DNA of 64,000 bases from Ginglymostoma cirratum (GCA_024137785.1 JAHRHZ010000031.1:7512535-7576534), one strand, 5' to 3'; positions 27,397-40,950 are shown, numbered from the stretch's first letter. Notes: generated by a model not told the origin, from the letters alone. A program made the numbers and translations.

Positions 27397-29929
27397 CGTG
27401 AACATACCTTCTCACCGACAGTAAAAAAAAGCTTGTCCTTATCTGCTTGAGCAAAGCTCTTCATAATTTTGAACAAACCCAGCAACTCTTTCCTTAAGGT
27501 CCTCTGCTCCAAACAGCATAATTTCTGTCTTTGTCCTCTCTCACAGGAATGAAGTCTTCTTTCGTGGTACTAATCTAATCTATCACTTCAATCCCTTTTC
27601 CCAGTAGGAAAAAAGTTCTGCAATGAAAAACAATGCAGCAAGGCTTCAGCTACAAGTTGATTTGAAAAAAAAATTGCGAAAAATTAAAATTAAAGTCAGA
27701 GTTGTGCAAAGGAATTTCTTAACCAAAAACATGAGATTCTTTAAATGATTTTATCCAATCCTAAACCAGCAGTTAAGATTAAGGGATAATCATGATACAT
27801 TGTTTGCTCCATTGCAATTACATTTGCAAACAGGAGGGGATGGCAAGGAGAGGAACAGGTCACATTAGTGTCAAAATTGAAAGCAGGTGGGAAAAATCTG
27901 ATCTATTGTTCTTTGTTCGTCCTTTGACGTCTATTCATATATTGTTACAAGCTTTTCAGAATGGCAAACCAAGAATGGGAAAGGTTAACGTAAAGCAAAT
28001 ATTTGTTTTTTTCCTGAAATTGTATTTTTTCTTGAAATTCTGTGTAAAGTCTGTCATAGTCATTCAAATATTATCTCTCCCCGCCATCCATCCATCCAAC
28101 TTCCAAAGCAGTATTTTGTGAAGAGGGTTTTTTAAGTTCAAAACACGCTTGTTTAATCTCACTGAAAGCAGAGGCTCAGAAACTATATAGCTGTAAAAAG
28201 CAGACCAGCTTACTGCAACTATTATTTTTCAATGAGAATTTTTTCTCAAAACATATTACTTTGTTGGTACCTAAATGAACACAGTTGTGTGCACCTTTGA
28301 AAGAGGAGATTTGCTTTTACTTTATATGACAACACTTGAGCATTACAATGAGTATTACAAGTAGGACAAGTATAAACAACAACTTCAAGAATGTTTCCCT
28401 CTCTTTTTCAAAACTATGGAAAACAAACGCCAATGTTACCAATTAAAGTGAACAATGATGCAGGGTAACTTTATTTGTTTGTAAAATAAGAACTGCAAGC
28501 CTCCAATTCACTCTCCATGTAATCTAATTTGGAAGTAGTCATGTACAATTACTTGCTGCTTACAATGGATATCAGAGTATTACGCTTGTTTCTTTTCAGA
28601 ATGGAAGCCTAGACGTTACTGTTGGTGATCTTGGTATTGGATACATTGGTGAGATATTTGCCTGCCCATTACTGTAATATAATCATTCACTTACTTATTT
28701 TAAATCTATTCTCTCCTCTGTTAAAACATCAGAAAAAAAGGTCACATAAACAAATTAATCTTTTATCTATCAATATCCTGAACAGCATTGTGTAAAGAAA
28801 ACAACTTGTACTTTTCACGATTTCACAGTATCCTGTTCTCACTGTTGTAATGTGGGAAGCATGATGGCTAATTTGTGAATGACCAGGCTCCATCAACAGC
28901 AAATGAGATAACAGCCAGATAGTTTGATTACAGTGATGTTGGAGGAGTGTTTAGGGATGATCTAGATCCTGATTCGATTTATTTATTGTCACGTATATTC
29001 TGTCGCAAAACACAGAGAGAAGTGTTGGTACAGTGTTGCCACTCTCCAGTGCCGTCCTAAAACACGGAAGTATAAACCACAACATAGAATATAAAGCAGA
29101 GAAAAGAAGACATAAAGAAGTGTTCAACTTTATAGTCCTTTCTGTTAAGTGCTCCGCCATGGGCCTGGTGACCAGGCATGAGTCTCCTTCACCGCATCAC
29201 TGCCGCTATAATGAAAGCTGCCACTCTTCAGCGTCATGTTGTCTCCACCGATTCTGTCGGCATGACGAATCCTCGATGGACCATGCCAATGCAGATGCCA
29301 CCAATGCCACCGGGTACCACACTGGCCCAAACTTGACTCTGCCACCACGGCGACTCTGCTTCAGGCCCACCTCGTTGACGCAGCTACTGCTAATGCCGCT
29401 GGCTCTCATACTGGGCCCAAAGTCACCTTCACCGCCACCTCCACGAGTCTATGCTGCATGCCGACACCACCGGGAACCCAAACCCGCCGTTGTCACTGCA
29501 GTCATGAGTCACGGCTAGGACCATGATGCAGAAGCTGCCAGGAACACAAACTCACCTCCGATGCCACCACCACAAGTCCACGCTGCTGGGTCTACGTGCT
29601 GCTATCAATACCGTCGCTGCAACAGAGCTCTTCAGCAAATAAAAAAGAAAAGAAAGAAGAAACTAAAAAGAAAAAAAGTGGACAGAGAGGACAAGCTCCA
29701 GGTGCAGAAGCCCTACTCCATTGTCATCTTACTGAAAGCCTGGGGGATTTTGTATGCTCTTCTTTGAATCCGAGATATGTTTTTTTTTTAATCAAAGGAT
29801 ATGGGCCAAAAGCAGGCCTATTATGGTGGCCACAGATCAGCCGTGATCTTATTGAATGGTGGAGCACGCTTGAAGGGCTGAATGGGCTTCTCCTGTTCCT
29901 ATGTTGCAAACACAACACACCAGAAGTGC

Positions 29930-31315
29930 CAAGAGGATGATCCATCTCAGCTTCCACTGGAGATCTCCAGCATCACAGTTGTCAACCTTGAAACAATCTG
30001 ATTTACTCCATGTGACATCAAGAAATAGCTGAAGGCACGGGACTATGGCCCTGACAACACTTCAATATTAAGTTGTTTCAGTGTAGCTATAACACTAGCT
30101 TCCGATAATGTGGAAAATTGTCCACGAAAAGTCCACGAAGTGCAGGGCACATTCAACTCAGTCAGTGTCGGTCAACAGTGTCAATGAGCAAGACTACAAA
30201 AGAATAAGCTGCTTATTGACCCTCAGGTTAGATTCTGCCAGAGCCACTCATCCCCTGTCCTCATTACAGCCTAGGTCTGAACACGGACAAAAGAGCTGCA
30301 TTTCAGACAGGAGAAGAGAAAGACTTTATGTATTTTGTGGCAAGGCTACATTTGACAAATTGTGAAATCAAGGAGCCCTAGCAATACCGGGAGTCAAGGG
30401 GAATCAGGGAGAAAAGTCTCTGCTGGGCGGAGTCATTCCTAACACAGTAGAAGATGGTTGAACTTGGAGGTTGACGATTTTAGTCTCAGACACGAAGCAG
30501 AATCCTCAGTTGCTTTTAATGATTTTTCCTCCATCATTAAGACAGAATCGAAGTAACTCACTACCATTTGCAGAACATTCAGGACCACTTACCATTTCTC
30601 AGAGACCGAAGCAGTTCATGTCCACCTGCACAAAGATCTCGACAACACTTAGGCTTAAGGCTAATGTGTTAAATAACATCCAAGCCACATAAGTGCTAGA
30701 CAATGACTGCCTCCAATAAGATGCAATCTAACAATCCCTCTGTGACTTTTAATGGCTTCACCATCCCTAAATTCAATTCCGCAGTATCAATTTCCTGGGA
30801 CTTATAATTGACCAGAAACTGAATAGAACTAGCCAAATAAATATGTGGCTATAAAAGCAGGCCAGAGGTTGTAGCAAATAATCCATTTCCCATCTTGCAA
30901 TGTCTGTTCACCATCTACAAGGCATCTACACTCAGTGTAATGGAATACTTTGCACTTGCCTGGATGGGGATAGTTCCAGTAACGCTCAAGAAGCTTGATA
31001 CCGATCAGCACCAAGCCACCCACTTAATTGTCAACCCATTAATCAATTCCAACATTGACTTTGTTCACTGTGAACGCTACCAGCAGTGTGTACCATCTAC
31101 AAGTTACACAGCTGTACTTCTGCCAGCCACCTACCAAACCTGCACCTCTACCAGCTAGAAGGACAAGGGTAGCTGACGGTTGTGAACACTACCACCTACA
31201 AGTTCCCTTCCAAGCCACTCACCATCCTGCCCTGAAAATCCACCAGATAATGAGGGACAGACAATAAAAGTAGGCCTCACCAATGGTGTCCACATTCCAT
31301 GAAAAAAAGGTCAAA
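29930..31315 (+). mobile_element. L2/Crack-type LINE, degenerate RT region and tail
   Basis: Remnants gcaTTTGAC...atcaaggagccctag and TIYKA...MEYFALAWMGIVPVTLKKLDT. Tail cacattccatgaaaaaa. Confidence 0.75.
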
Positions 31316-32329
31316 AAGAGCCACAGTTTAACATCCCACCTCAAATCTGTCACCTCTGATAGAGCAGCACTTATTCAGTACTGCATTGTTGTGTCATCCT
31401 AGCTTACACTAAGAAGTTTCTGAAATGGTATTTGTACCTTCTTACTCAGAAACAAGAATGTGGCCATTGAGCCAAGGCTCACACTGAGTTCACAGATACT
31501 TTGCGATCCTTTTCAGGTCAGGCGCAACTCTCAAAAGTAGAATGCATCAACATTTTTGGACGAGAATACTTGAATCCATTCCTTGAATTATTGTTAAGAA
31601 TCTATCAGCCAAATTACCACTTAAATGTCTTTTCCATTTCCAAGTGTAAATCAGACAACTGAGAACAGCAGGTGCCGGATATTGTGACATTTTTATTTAA
31701 GAAACAAGAGTCAAAATGAAAGCCTTGCAAATTTATTCCATATGCAACACAGTGGGAAACAGGATGCAAAGAAAGAATCAAAGCACTAACTATAGTTAGG
31801 TTTTGGAACAAATGATAAAATTAAGTCAGTTTCAGTCCATTAAGCACAAGAGTTGGAAATAGCAACCATTGTGAAGAATACCATTTGAATTACTATTAAT
31901 TCTCAAATAAAAAAAAATCATTCCAAGACCTTCACAAAGTTGTGACTGAATTGGATGTTGAAACAAAGAGGGCTAGTTCAGAAAACAGATTTATTTTTAC
32001 AGATAATGAGATCTGGTTGCCAGACAGGACAATTACCAAAGACTGGGTGGAAAGGGTACATAAATGGTCAGCAAAACATGGGAAAAATTCTTCAGACATG
32101 AGGGTCGGAATTTGTAATTCACAAATTTCAACTCGAAGACAACACGAGTCTTCACATTGCAACAATTTCAGCATGCAGTTGTACGTGATCCATACTGCTG
32201 ACTGACAGCATGCTGAAATGGGCGTCTAGGAGCATGTACGACAAGCATTTATGTCAAACAGTCCGTACATTTTCAAGGAATTGGTGCTTTTAACAGAGAC
32301 CTCCATCAATCAGACAAAATCTCTTGCTG

Positions 32330-33330
32330 ACCATTGAAGAATTGGCTAGAAGTAAAAAGCACACCAAGTTAGTATTACAAGAGATCGGTGTTGCTCCAGA
32401 GTCTGCCTAAAGGCCCTGAGAATTTTGAGACTGGATTGGGAGTATATGGACAGCTGGATTCCTGGAGACTCTCCTGTGGACTTGGCAACAGAGTCGCAAT
32501 AGTTCAATGATCTTACATGGGTGTTCAAGGTCAGTGTGTCTATCTTCATAGGACATCGCCCTACCATTGCACTAGCAGCCTCACACACTCCCACATTCAA
32601 TCAGCAAGCAGGACTCAAGACTAACAGAGGCTCCAAATCATCCTCACATGCATACCAATGCTGCTGTCCACACATTCACCTCTCATTGTTTCCTTAGAGC
32701 TACAGCTATTTGGTACTGTCATCCACGTATACTGTCCTGCGATCACCGAGATTCCTTCCGCATTTTTTTTGCAGAAAACAAAAATGGCCATAACAGAAGG
32801 AAACACAACAAAACTGAAGGGCTCAAGAAGACAGCGCGTCATAATGTTCTAGGGTATCTAGAGCTGGGCATTAAATGCTGGCCCAACCAGCAAAGCCCAC
32901 ATCCCATAAATGAATGAAAAATAAAGCTGAGGGATACATGCACACTGATGTCATCTGAATCTTCTCAAGGAGGTTGTGCTCAGAAGTCCAGGATCAGTTT
33001 TGACAGAATCTACCATATCAGGTATTGCCAGTCCTTCCTATTGCACCTTCTCCAGTCCCTCCCCACCCCCATCTGGCATGCACAGAAAGCTGCAGATCTT
33101 TGGCAACTGACCTCATGTTTTTCATGATACCTTCTTCCACATCTCAACTTTCAGATACCAGACGATTGTCACCTGAGCAGCCTTCAGAGGAACAGCAAGA
33201 ACTGCACCTGATCTCGGAGGAAGAAAACTCTTATTTGACCTAATAATCGCAGCTACCAGTTCAGACATCAGTACTGAGCAAACGTGCAAGAGTGTGGAAT
33301 AACTGCATGTGGTGAGTCACCTGACAGTGG
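32330..33330 (+). pseudogene. Harbinger Myb/SANT-like DNA-binding gene remnant (spliced, frameshifted)
   Basis: WTWQQSR/FNDLTWVFK|gtcagt (32530) ... ttttgcag (32774) then GHNRRKHNKTEG. A third segment after tttcag (33154) reads SEEQQE...DLIIAATSSDIST. Resembles the RT..QCRKKFNDL....K / AHNRRE..KTGGG motif of Myb/SANT-like proteins. Confidence 0.55.
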
Positions 33331-33450
33331 TTAGCTACGGCGCTAGAATAGTTGCTGTGCCAGCTCACTAGAGTGTAGTTCAGAGTTGTTTTTCAATGAT
33401 TAATCATTTTCACTTAATCAAGCAAATGAAAAATTAAATTGTTTTGTTTA

Positions 33451-33772
33451 GGGCGGCACGATGGCTCAGTGGTTAGAACTGCTGCCTCACAGCACCAGCG
33501 ACCAGGGTTCAATTCCACCCTCGGGCAACTGTCTGTGTGGAGTTTGCACATTCTCCCCCTGTCTAGGTGAGTTTCCTCCGGGTGCTCTGGTTTCCTCCCA
33601 CAGTCCAAAGATGAGCAGGCTAGGTGGATTGGTCATACTAAATTGTCCCATAGTGCACAGGGATGTGTAGATTAGGTGACTCATAGGGGGATGGGTCTAG
33701 GTGGGATGCTCCGAGGGTCGGTGTGGACTTGTTGGGCCGAAAGGCCTGTTTCCACACTGTAGGGATTCTATG
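33451..33772 (+). mobile_element. Full-length HE1-type V-SINE
   Basis: A box tggctcagtggttag, B box ggttcaattcc, V-domain tgtgtggagtttgcacattctcccc...ggtttcctcccacagtccaaagat, CR1-like tail, and tgttta repeated on both flanks (possible TSD). Confidence 0.92.
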
Positions 33773-34498
33773 TTTAACGGTGATTAGCTAATAGAAAAAA
33801 AAGAGTTCCGCAACGAAGCAAGCCAAACGGCTTAGGACAAATTTAAGGTCATGAGTTCCTGGTGTTATGCTTGCTTTTATGGATCAAGCTAACGTAAACC
33901 GTCAAAATGATTTGAGGTAAAAGACTTTTACAAAAACAGCGTTATGTTTTAAATTGGTTTAGTTAATTTTATAAGTTAAAAATATGCAAAGTGTATTAAT
34001 TTTGTACAGTTAGTTTGAAGAAGCATTAACAGTTACTTTGGAGTCGCACATGGTTTGTCTTGTTTGAGGGCATTCATAGGATTTGCACAACATTCAGATG
34101 TATCAGATGGGACGTGTGAGAACGTTGTTAAATTGTGATGTGATGACTCTATGTACTCTAGATAGACACATTAATTGTTCATCGGTGCCACTTTTTCTTA
34201 GTAAAGAGATATGGAATTGGTAAACTAACAGTAAATTAATTAATTTCGCCAATCCAAGATAGACCATTAGACAATTAGAGTTCAGGATATCTCTGATCAT
34301 GCACAGAGGTCAGCTACGGTTAATGAGTGCTGATTCTTCACGGTTGGATGCACAAGCGAGGAAGACCGAAGACTGAATGAAAACTTCAGTCAACAGAATA
34401 AGCAGACCTGTGCCCGATCAAGCACAACTTTTAACATGTATCGTTTAGTTTATACTTACTAATTTCATAGGTTAGGGGCTCTTGTGGTGCTGTGGTAG

Positions 34499-34826
34499 TT
34501 TTTTTTTTCTATTCATTCACAGAATGAGGGCATTGCTGGCTAGGCCAGCATTTATTACCCGTCCCTAATTGCCCAGAGGGCAGTTAAGAGCCAACCACAT
34601 TGCTATGGGTCTGGAGTCACATGTGGGCCAGACCAGGTAAGGATGGCATTTCCCTCCCTAAAAGGACATTAGTGAATCAATTGGGTTTTCCTAACATTTG
34701 ACAACGGATTCTTAATTCCAGATTCCACGATCCGTCATGGTGGGAATCGAACCTTGGTCCGCAGAACATTACCTGGGTGTCCGGATGAACAGTCCAGCAA
34801 TAATATCACTGGGGCACTGCTTCCCC
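34499..34826 (-). mobile_element. tRNA-derived SINE (same family as 7659-8027), nested in another SINE
   Basis: Shared core ctggagtcacatg.gggccagaccaggtaaggatggca. T-run at the 3' end. Confidence 0.85.
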
Positions 34827-34987
34827 TGTTTCTACCTCTGTGCCAGGAGACCATGTTTAAAGTCCCAGCTGTTCCAGAAATGTGTGATAACATCTCTGAA
34901 CAAGTCGACTAAAATATCTAAACTTAGCTGTTTGCTATAAAAACTTCTGAAAACATCTTGTAACTAATCAAGACTAATAAATCTGAC

Positions 34988-35093
34988 TTCTGAGGAAGGG
35001 TCACTGGACTGTAAACTTTAACTCAGTTTCTCTTTCCATCGAGGTTGCCAGACTTGCTGAGTTTCTCCAACAATTCCTGTTTCTCTTCTAGTA
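34988..35093 (+). mobile_element. Penelope-like terminal fragment with a degenerate hammerhead-like motif
   Basis: ttCTGAGGAAGGGTCACTGGACTGTAAAC...gccagacttgctgagtttctcca. Confidence 0.5.
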
Positions 35094-35419
35094 AACGTTT
35101 CCATTGAATTTGGACTTCTGACTGTAATTGACAAGTAGGTTTTACAATTATAGTGAATGCCAAAACTTTAAAGGAGTTGAAGGCCAGAGACCAGTTCTGG
35201 TATAATGGACACAGGTGGGGCTTTGATATGACAGCATTGGAGAGATGGTTGGTACGTAGGACCACCTTTTAAAGAGCAAATAGGTTTCTGGTTTCAGAAC
35301 TCTTAACGTAGAGTTTCACGTAGTGATTTCAGCCTCTCCTTTCCAGTGAGAAGGCAGTGCTGGCCAACTTCGTGACAGTACAGGCAGAGTCATACAGGAT
35401 TTAACAATACAACACACAG

Positions 35420-35762
35420 GATTTTTCAGAGGCTTGACAGAGTTAGCGTTGAGAGGACGTTTCCCCTCATGGGAGAGTCTAGGCCCAGAGGTCTCAGAAT
35501 AAAGAGGTGCCAATTTAAGACTGAGATAAGGAGGAATGTCTTCTCACAGGGTTGAGTGTCTTTGGAGCTCCTTCCCACAGAGAGCTGCGGGGCAGTGTCC
35601 TTGTATATATTTAAGGTTGAGATAGATAGATTCTTGATCAGTAGAGGAATCAAGGATTAAAAGGGGAAAGGGCAGGAAAGTGGGCATGAAGAGTGTTGGA
35701 TCACCCATGATCTTGTTGAATCATTGAACAGGGTTGACGGGCTGAGCAGCCTACTCCTGTTT
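35420..35762 (+). mobile_element. CR1 LINE 3' end
   Basis: tttaagactgagataaggaggaatgtcttctcacagggttg...gagatagatagattcttga...ccatgatcttgttgaat. Confidence 0.8.
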
Positions 35763-37013
35763 GCTTTTTACCAGGATGACAGCATATCACTGCCCTCGCC
35801 AGCACTCATTTCCTATTTCCATTCAGTCCAGACTGTTTCCACCCATGCCAAGAGACATAGGGCAAACCTCAGGATCCAGAGTTGCTTCACACCATTGGCA
35901 GTCTTCACAGTGTGTCAGCAATATTCCAACAGCCCTGCTACATACATCCACTGGGGCTGTACTCCACCAGACCAAAAAGCCAGGCATATGCACCCACAAA
36001 AACACTCAATTTATGTACAATGTCAAATAGTTAGTGTTATAAAATATATTGTTGGATAAAGAGGTTTCTCTATTGCAAGATTTTGGTCAAGGGGATGTAA
36101 GGGTTCTGTGCAAAGATGGATTGAAATTATGGAGAAACTTTGATATTGTGATGATGTCTTGGAAAACAAATACACAAAGATTTGCTAGCCATTCACTGTG
36201 GGCTCCACAATGTCCCTTATGGCTACATGGCTCTCATTACAGGTACATTGGCCTTACCCAGTCAGCTGGCAGAAGAGATACTATGCAGGACACAATGTGT
36301 AAGGGTTATATTAGGGACTAGCCAGCACACATCATTCCATACTTGCACCCACTTTATGAGTGACAGAAAAAAATCAGTGATGACTTCACACATCTCTGGG
36401 GAAAAAAAATTAATTCTATGCATGAACTTTTCAAGGCAATACACAGACATTCACAGTTTTATGTATTCTGGGCAGATCACATGTCCACTTTCCCTCGTAG
36501 CATATTGGTTTGCTACGAAACTGCAAAAAGCACTACCTCTCGCAGATTCAGTGCTGCCTTACAGGATGTTCAAGCATTTTAAGGCAGCTTAGCAGTCTAT
36601 GTGCTCTCTGAAATACTTTTGATAGAAGGGTCAAAAGATGATTCCTCAGGATTCATCTCAGCCCACTACCTTTCATGAGGACTTCACCACACAACACCTA
36701 AATATCTTATTGAGACTACAGCCTTAACAACTACCTAACTTTAGACGCATGCAATGTGCATACAATGTCTCACTGACTGCTGTTCCTCCCCGATGGTCAG
36801 TGGGATAGACAATGCGTAGACTCCTCAAAGTGGATTCTTCACCCGAAGACTACAACCATGCAGCCGCATGGACAATGAGACACTTATTCTACAACACAGA
36901 AGGTCAAGGTCTGTAAATAAGAAGATAAGTATCCACATATCCTGTGCACTAAGCAAGCCTGCTTGCCATATTACTGATGGAACGTTAACAATTAAACAAA
37001 ATCCAGAGGCAGC

Positions 37014-38440
37014 TCATTCAGCCTGGTTGTAGGTTTCCATGAGGTTATCTCTGGCCTCTCGGTTTCAGCGATGCATCACTCTGCCATCTCTCTTGGTAAG
37101 GCCTCCTGGTCGATGTGCAGATCCTCAGTCTAATGTTCATCCTCGGAAGATTGCTGTTTCTCCCTTTTTCCATCTGCATTCAGAAACGTTCCCCCATGCC
37201 CATTTTGTCAGCTTCAGTTGTGAAGGAGACAATTATCCCAGGAGGTAATTTCTGAGCGAGACTGCAAGGTTCTGCTGGTGCAGTCAAGGCATTGAAGGCA
37301 TATCTGAAGGAGGCCTTTGGTCTGTTCCACCAGAATTAGAATTAGAGTTTTATTGCCAGGTGTACTCAACTACAGGAATACAGGAGTACTGCGAAAACCG
37401 TACAAAGTTGTCAAAGTAGGTACAAAAAAAAAACTAGAATTAACAGAAACAATTATCTTAGATAGAAAACCAAAGCAAACATTTTAGATGCAAATAAATA
37501 AACTAAAAACAAAAGCAAGAAACGGAGTCAAGAAGAAAAGGAAAGGTATGGCCCTGATGGAAGTTAAAGCACAAAGAGTGTTGTGTCTTCATTCTGAATG
37601 TAAGAGAAGGGTTTGGAAAGCTGACAACTACACTTGGAGGGGGTACCCTTGACTCCCAGCAGTCATATCCCTATATGGGCCAAGAACCTGGAAAGGAGGA
37701 AGCGACCAAGGAGTTCTTTCATACCAAAAGTCACTACAGTTCCCAGGATATTTAGTGCAGTTTTTTAAAAACATTAATGGAGTAAAAGCCTATTCTGTAG
37801 ATGAACTCTACAGGTTGGTGCTAGGGCACTCTCAAAACTATGTTGGTGCAGGCTTTAGTGCTTTGCACCTGTGGTCGGCCAGCGATCGTACAGAATGCTG
37901 CTGTCTGAGCTGCCCAGCTGCCCTCAGCACTGGAGAAGTAGAAGAAAGACTGTGCTGTGGAGAAAACAGCACCAGTCATAGACTGGAACCACTTAAGTGT
38001 TGGGGATTGGGAAATGGCACTCCGGTCTCGAGTTGCTCCTTGAAAGGAGCTACGAATATCAAAATTCAGGGCAGCTGTCACCTTGATAGCCACCCTATCC
38101 TTCTGAGCACAAGGCCTCCTCCAACAGATGATACAGTTCAGAGATGTTGGACCAGGATAACCTTAATCTGTGCCTGACCACCTTTTAGGCCATTGAAGAA
38201 AATGACAGTGAGTCTTGGAACAGTGGAAACTTATCATTCTCTTCTACCTCCTTGGTGAATCTTGTTCTAACATAACAAGTGTAGAGCTGGATGAACACAG
38301 CAGGCCAAGCAGCATCAGAGGAGCAGGAAAGCTGACGTATCCTGCCAGCTCCGAATCTTGTTCTGTTGCTTTTCCCATCAATAGGCCGAGCAGCAGCTTT
38401 TGGGATTACTGTTCTTCCCAAGCTTGTTGACAAAGTCATG
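37014..38440 (-). pseudogene. Degenerate Harbinger/PIF (HARBI1-like) DDE transposase
   Basis: Ordered minus-strand motifs: RHRLRLS, VAIKVTAALNF..RSSFQGATRD..AISQS, IAGRPQVQSTKACTNI, GFYSINV, YPGNCSD, LLGVKGYPL, VEQTKGLLQICLQCLD, LHN, SSEDE, ARDNL. Interrupted at about 37333-37560 and 38270-38345. Confidence 0.82.
38270..38345 (-). mobile_element. Penelope-like terminal fragment inserted in the transposase
   Basis: gctggatgaacacagcaggccaagcagcatcagaggagcaggaaagctgacgt matches 62421-62474. Confidence 0.8.
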
Positions 38441-40769
38441 CCTACTATTCCCTTCTATACTGTCTTTGGAGTAGTACCAAGGCAATAATTCTGGCAATGG
38501 CAGTCTTTATGTGAGCAGACCTTCTGTGGGGAATATCACAAAGATAACACACTATATTGAAAGAATCCTTTCAGCCTTTATCACCATAACAATGAAATGT
38601 CATGTTATGCCCTTACACAATGTGGCATGGAAGCTTCGCAAGGAGGTCATTGTCTTGCCTCCAAAAGGTGCTCTGAGGTACGTCACATCATACAATTATG
38701 CAATGCACAAACAGTTTTCATCCTACACCTGGAAAAGAATGCTGCCAGTAAGCGACCATGACAGCTCCCACTGTGCCCTCCCTCAACCAAACAAAAGACT
38801 CTCTTCCACACCATGGACCATTTCCTCGGATACTTGCCTCTCGGTATACAAATCTAGCAGCTATAAAATGTGGTCTTCCAGTGCTTACTGTGGAATGTGG
38901 GTGCGAAATACTAATTTTGTGCTTTGCTTTTCAATGTCTTGTTCTCACTACACTTACTTAGTTGGCATGACAAGGAGGCAATTGCATATTGTAATTTTAA
39001 TGATTTATTGAGGCCACAACCTGTAACTGCAAGATTGGAAAATAAAGGACCACTGATGATGTAAGAATTGAAGCCAGAGGTCTGGTTTTGCAGAAACAGT
39101 GCAGGCGTGATTATTGAAATTGCATCTAGAAGGTCCTACAACCAGCTTTATTCTGGACTCAAAAAAAAAACTACAGTAACTTACTCTGTCCACTTTACCA
39201 GCAGTATCAGCCTATTTGTACGTTTATTGTGCAGTTGACTTTTGATCCGATGTGGCAAGGTGAAATGTTGTTTCACAGAAAGTAATGCGCAGATTCTCTG
39301 CGACTCTCAAATTCTCCCCAATCCTTCTGTGATGATGTGCCTGTGACGCCAGGGACTATTTAGCACCCCCTTGTGCTATTTCTGGTGAGCCCCTTTATGT
39401 CACTATTAACGTGCAACATTATCCCAAGCATCAGACTTCAGAAATTACCATGATGTTACTGGCCCCAAACCCTTCACAAGTAGAAGTCAGCGTTCTCTCA
39501 ACCTGTTTGAATCCTCCATTCCACAGCTCACAGTCCCTTCCCATTCACTGTGTGATCCCACCCTACCATCTGCAATTGCCTCCCATCACAATCAGCATTC
39601 CCCCAGTGGCCAGTCCAATGAAGCCCAACCCCAAATTTGAGTTGCTGCTTTCTCCAGGACTCCATGAGTTTGTTCCATTACACCCATATGGCCAATAGAG
39701 ATCAATTCTTTAGGCCTGACCATGGCCCACTAGCCAAAATGACTTGGTCGACCAGCTCCTACTAGCCACAGCCCACAGGCTTCCCTGGTCCTGAGTGACG
39801 GACCTGTAACACTTGGACGGCAGGACTGACTGTGGACCTTCGCCAGACTGCTAGGACACAGATTCTGGAATCTGGTTGGACGAAATACCAAAGTGATCGT
39901 GGCCAACCACCAGGACTGGAATGAGCAAGCTCCTTGACTGACTGCAGTTCCCCATCACCTCAGTTAGGAGTGCTCCATTTGGCCTTTCACACATGGCCAT
40001 TTGCTTGAAGCACAGGCAGTGTGTGCCTGCCACTTAAACTTTTGGCATTTGCGGCTGGTCTCCAGGTGATATAGCATGGTGCCCCACAGTGACATGTAGC
40101 TGACCGATAGACTGTTTAATGCTCCCCATCATCGCAAGCTGCATCTCTCCTTCTGCACTCAATAAACAGTACAAGTCACAGAGGCTGACAGCCTGTAACT
40201 AAGCACTAAGGATCCCAAACTAAGGAAACAATGTGACCCACAGAAGGTTCGCAACCTGCGAATAAGTGAAGTCAATGAGTGCGCACCCAGAAAGCAATGT
40301 TAGGTATATAGAGGCTTGCAGCCTTCAAGTAGGCACTAAAGTAGTTAGCAACAAAGAAAGCAAGTTCAAGCCTGTGAGGTGCATCCTGTTCAGATTTGTG
40401 GATGTCTATGTTGCAGGGCCATCTGACGGAAGTATTCAAGTCATAGGTGCCACTGAGATTCAAAGTAAAGTGTTGAGGAGCTGAAATGGTGTCCAGGTTG
40501 CTCTGAGAGGAGGCTTGAGGATCTGGTGAGGATAGTGGTTTATCAGTAATGAACAGCATGGGAAAAAGGAAGGCTCTGTTGGTTGTGGAGCATGTAGCAA
40601 TGTTATTGTGAAGAAACAGCAGTGCGGTGGCCCTCAGAAACATACGCTGAGCTGCAGCCGCCAGGTACATGCTCTGATTTACATATCGGGAACTTGCCTT
40701 AGCCAATTTCAAGGAAAAGGAGAAAGGGATTGGAAATGGCATAGAAGTTTGACAAGTTGGATCCTAAAT

Positions 40770-40950
40770 GAGATGCAAATACATAGATATTTAAGACAGA
40801 GATAGATAGTTTCTTGATTGTCGGGGGAATCAATGGTTACAGGGAGAAAGTGGGGAAATGGGTTTGGGAAACCGATTAGCCATGATTGAACGCAGAGCAG
40901 ACTCAATAGGCCAAATGGCCTAATTTCTGCTCCTTTGCTTTATGGTCTTA
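40770..40950 (+). mobile_element. CR1 LINE 3' end
   Basis: gagatagatagtttcttgatt...agccatgattgaa...ggccaaatggcctaatttctgctcct. Confidence 0.7.

Noticed and set aside
29033-29518. 161-aa ORF
   Set aside because: Lies in a GC-rich repeat-like insertion with no recognisable domain or splice context.
33451-33525. tRNA gene
   Set aside because: The A and B boxes run directly into the SINE body and tail, so this is a SINE head.
33790-34470. Possible LTR
   Set aside because: Composition is suggestive, but no termini or TSD could be defined.
40490-40670. Possible second Myb/SANT remnant
   Set aside because: Only weak similarity (LEDLV, EHVA), too decayed to support without a search.
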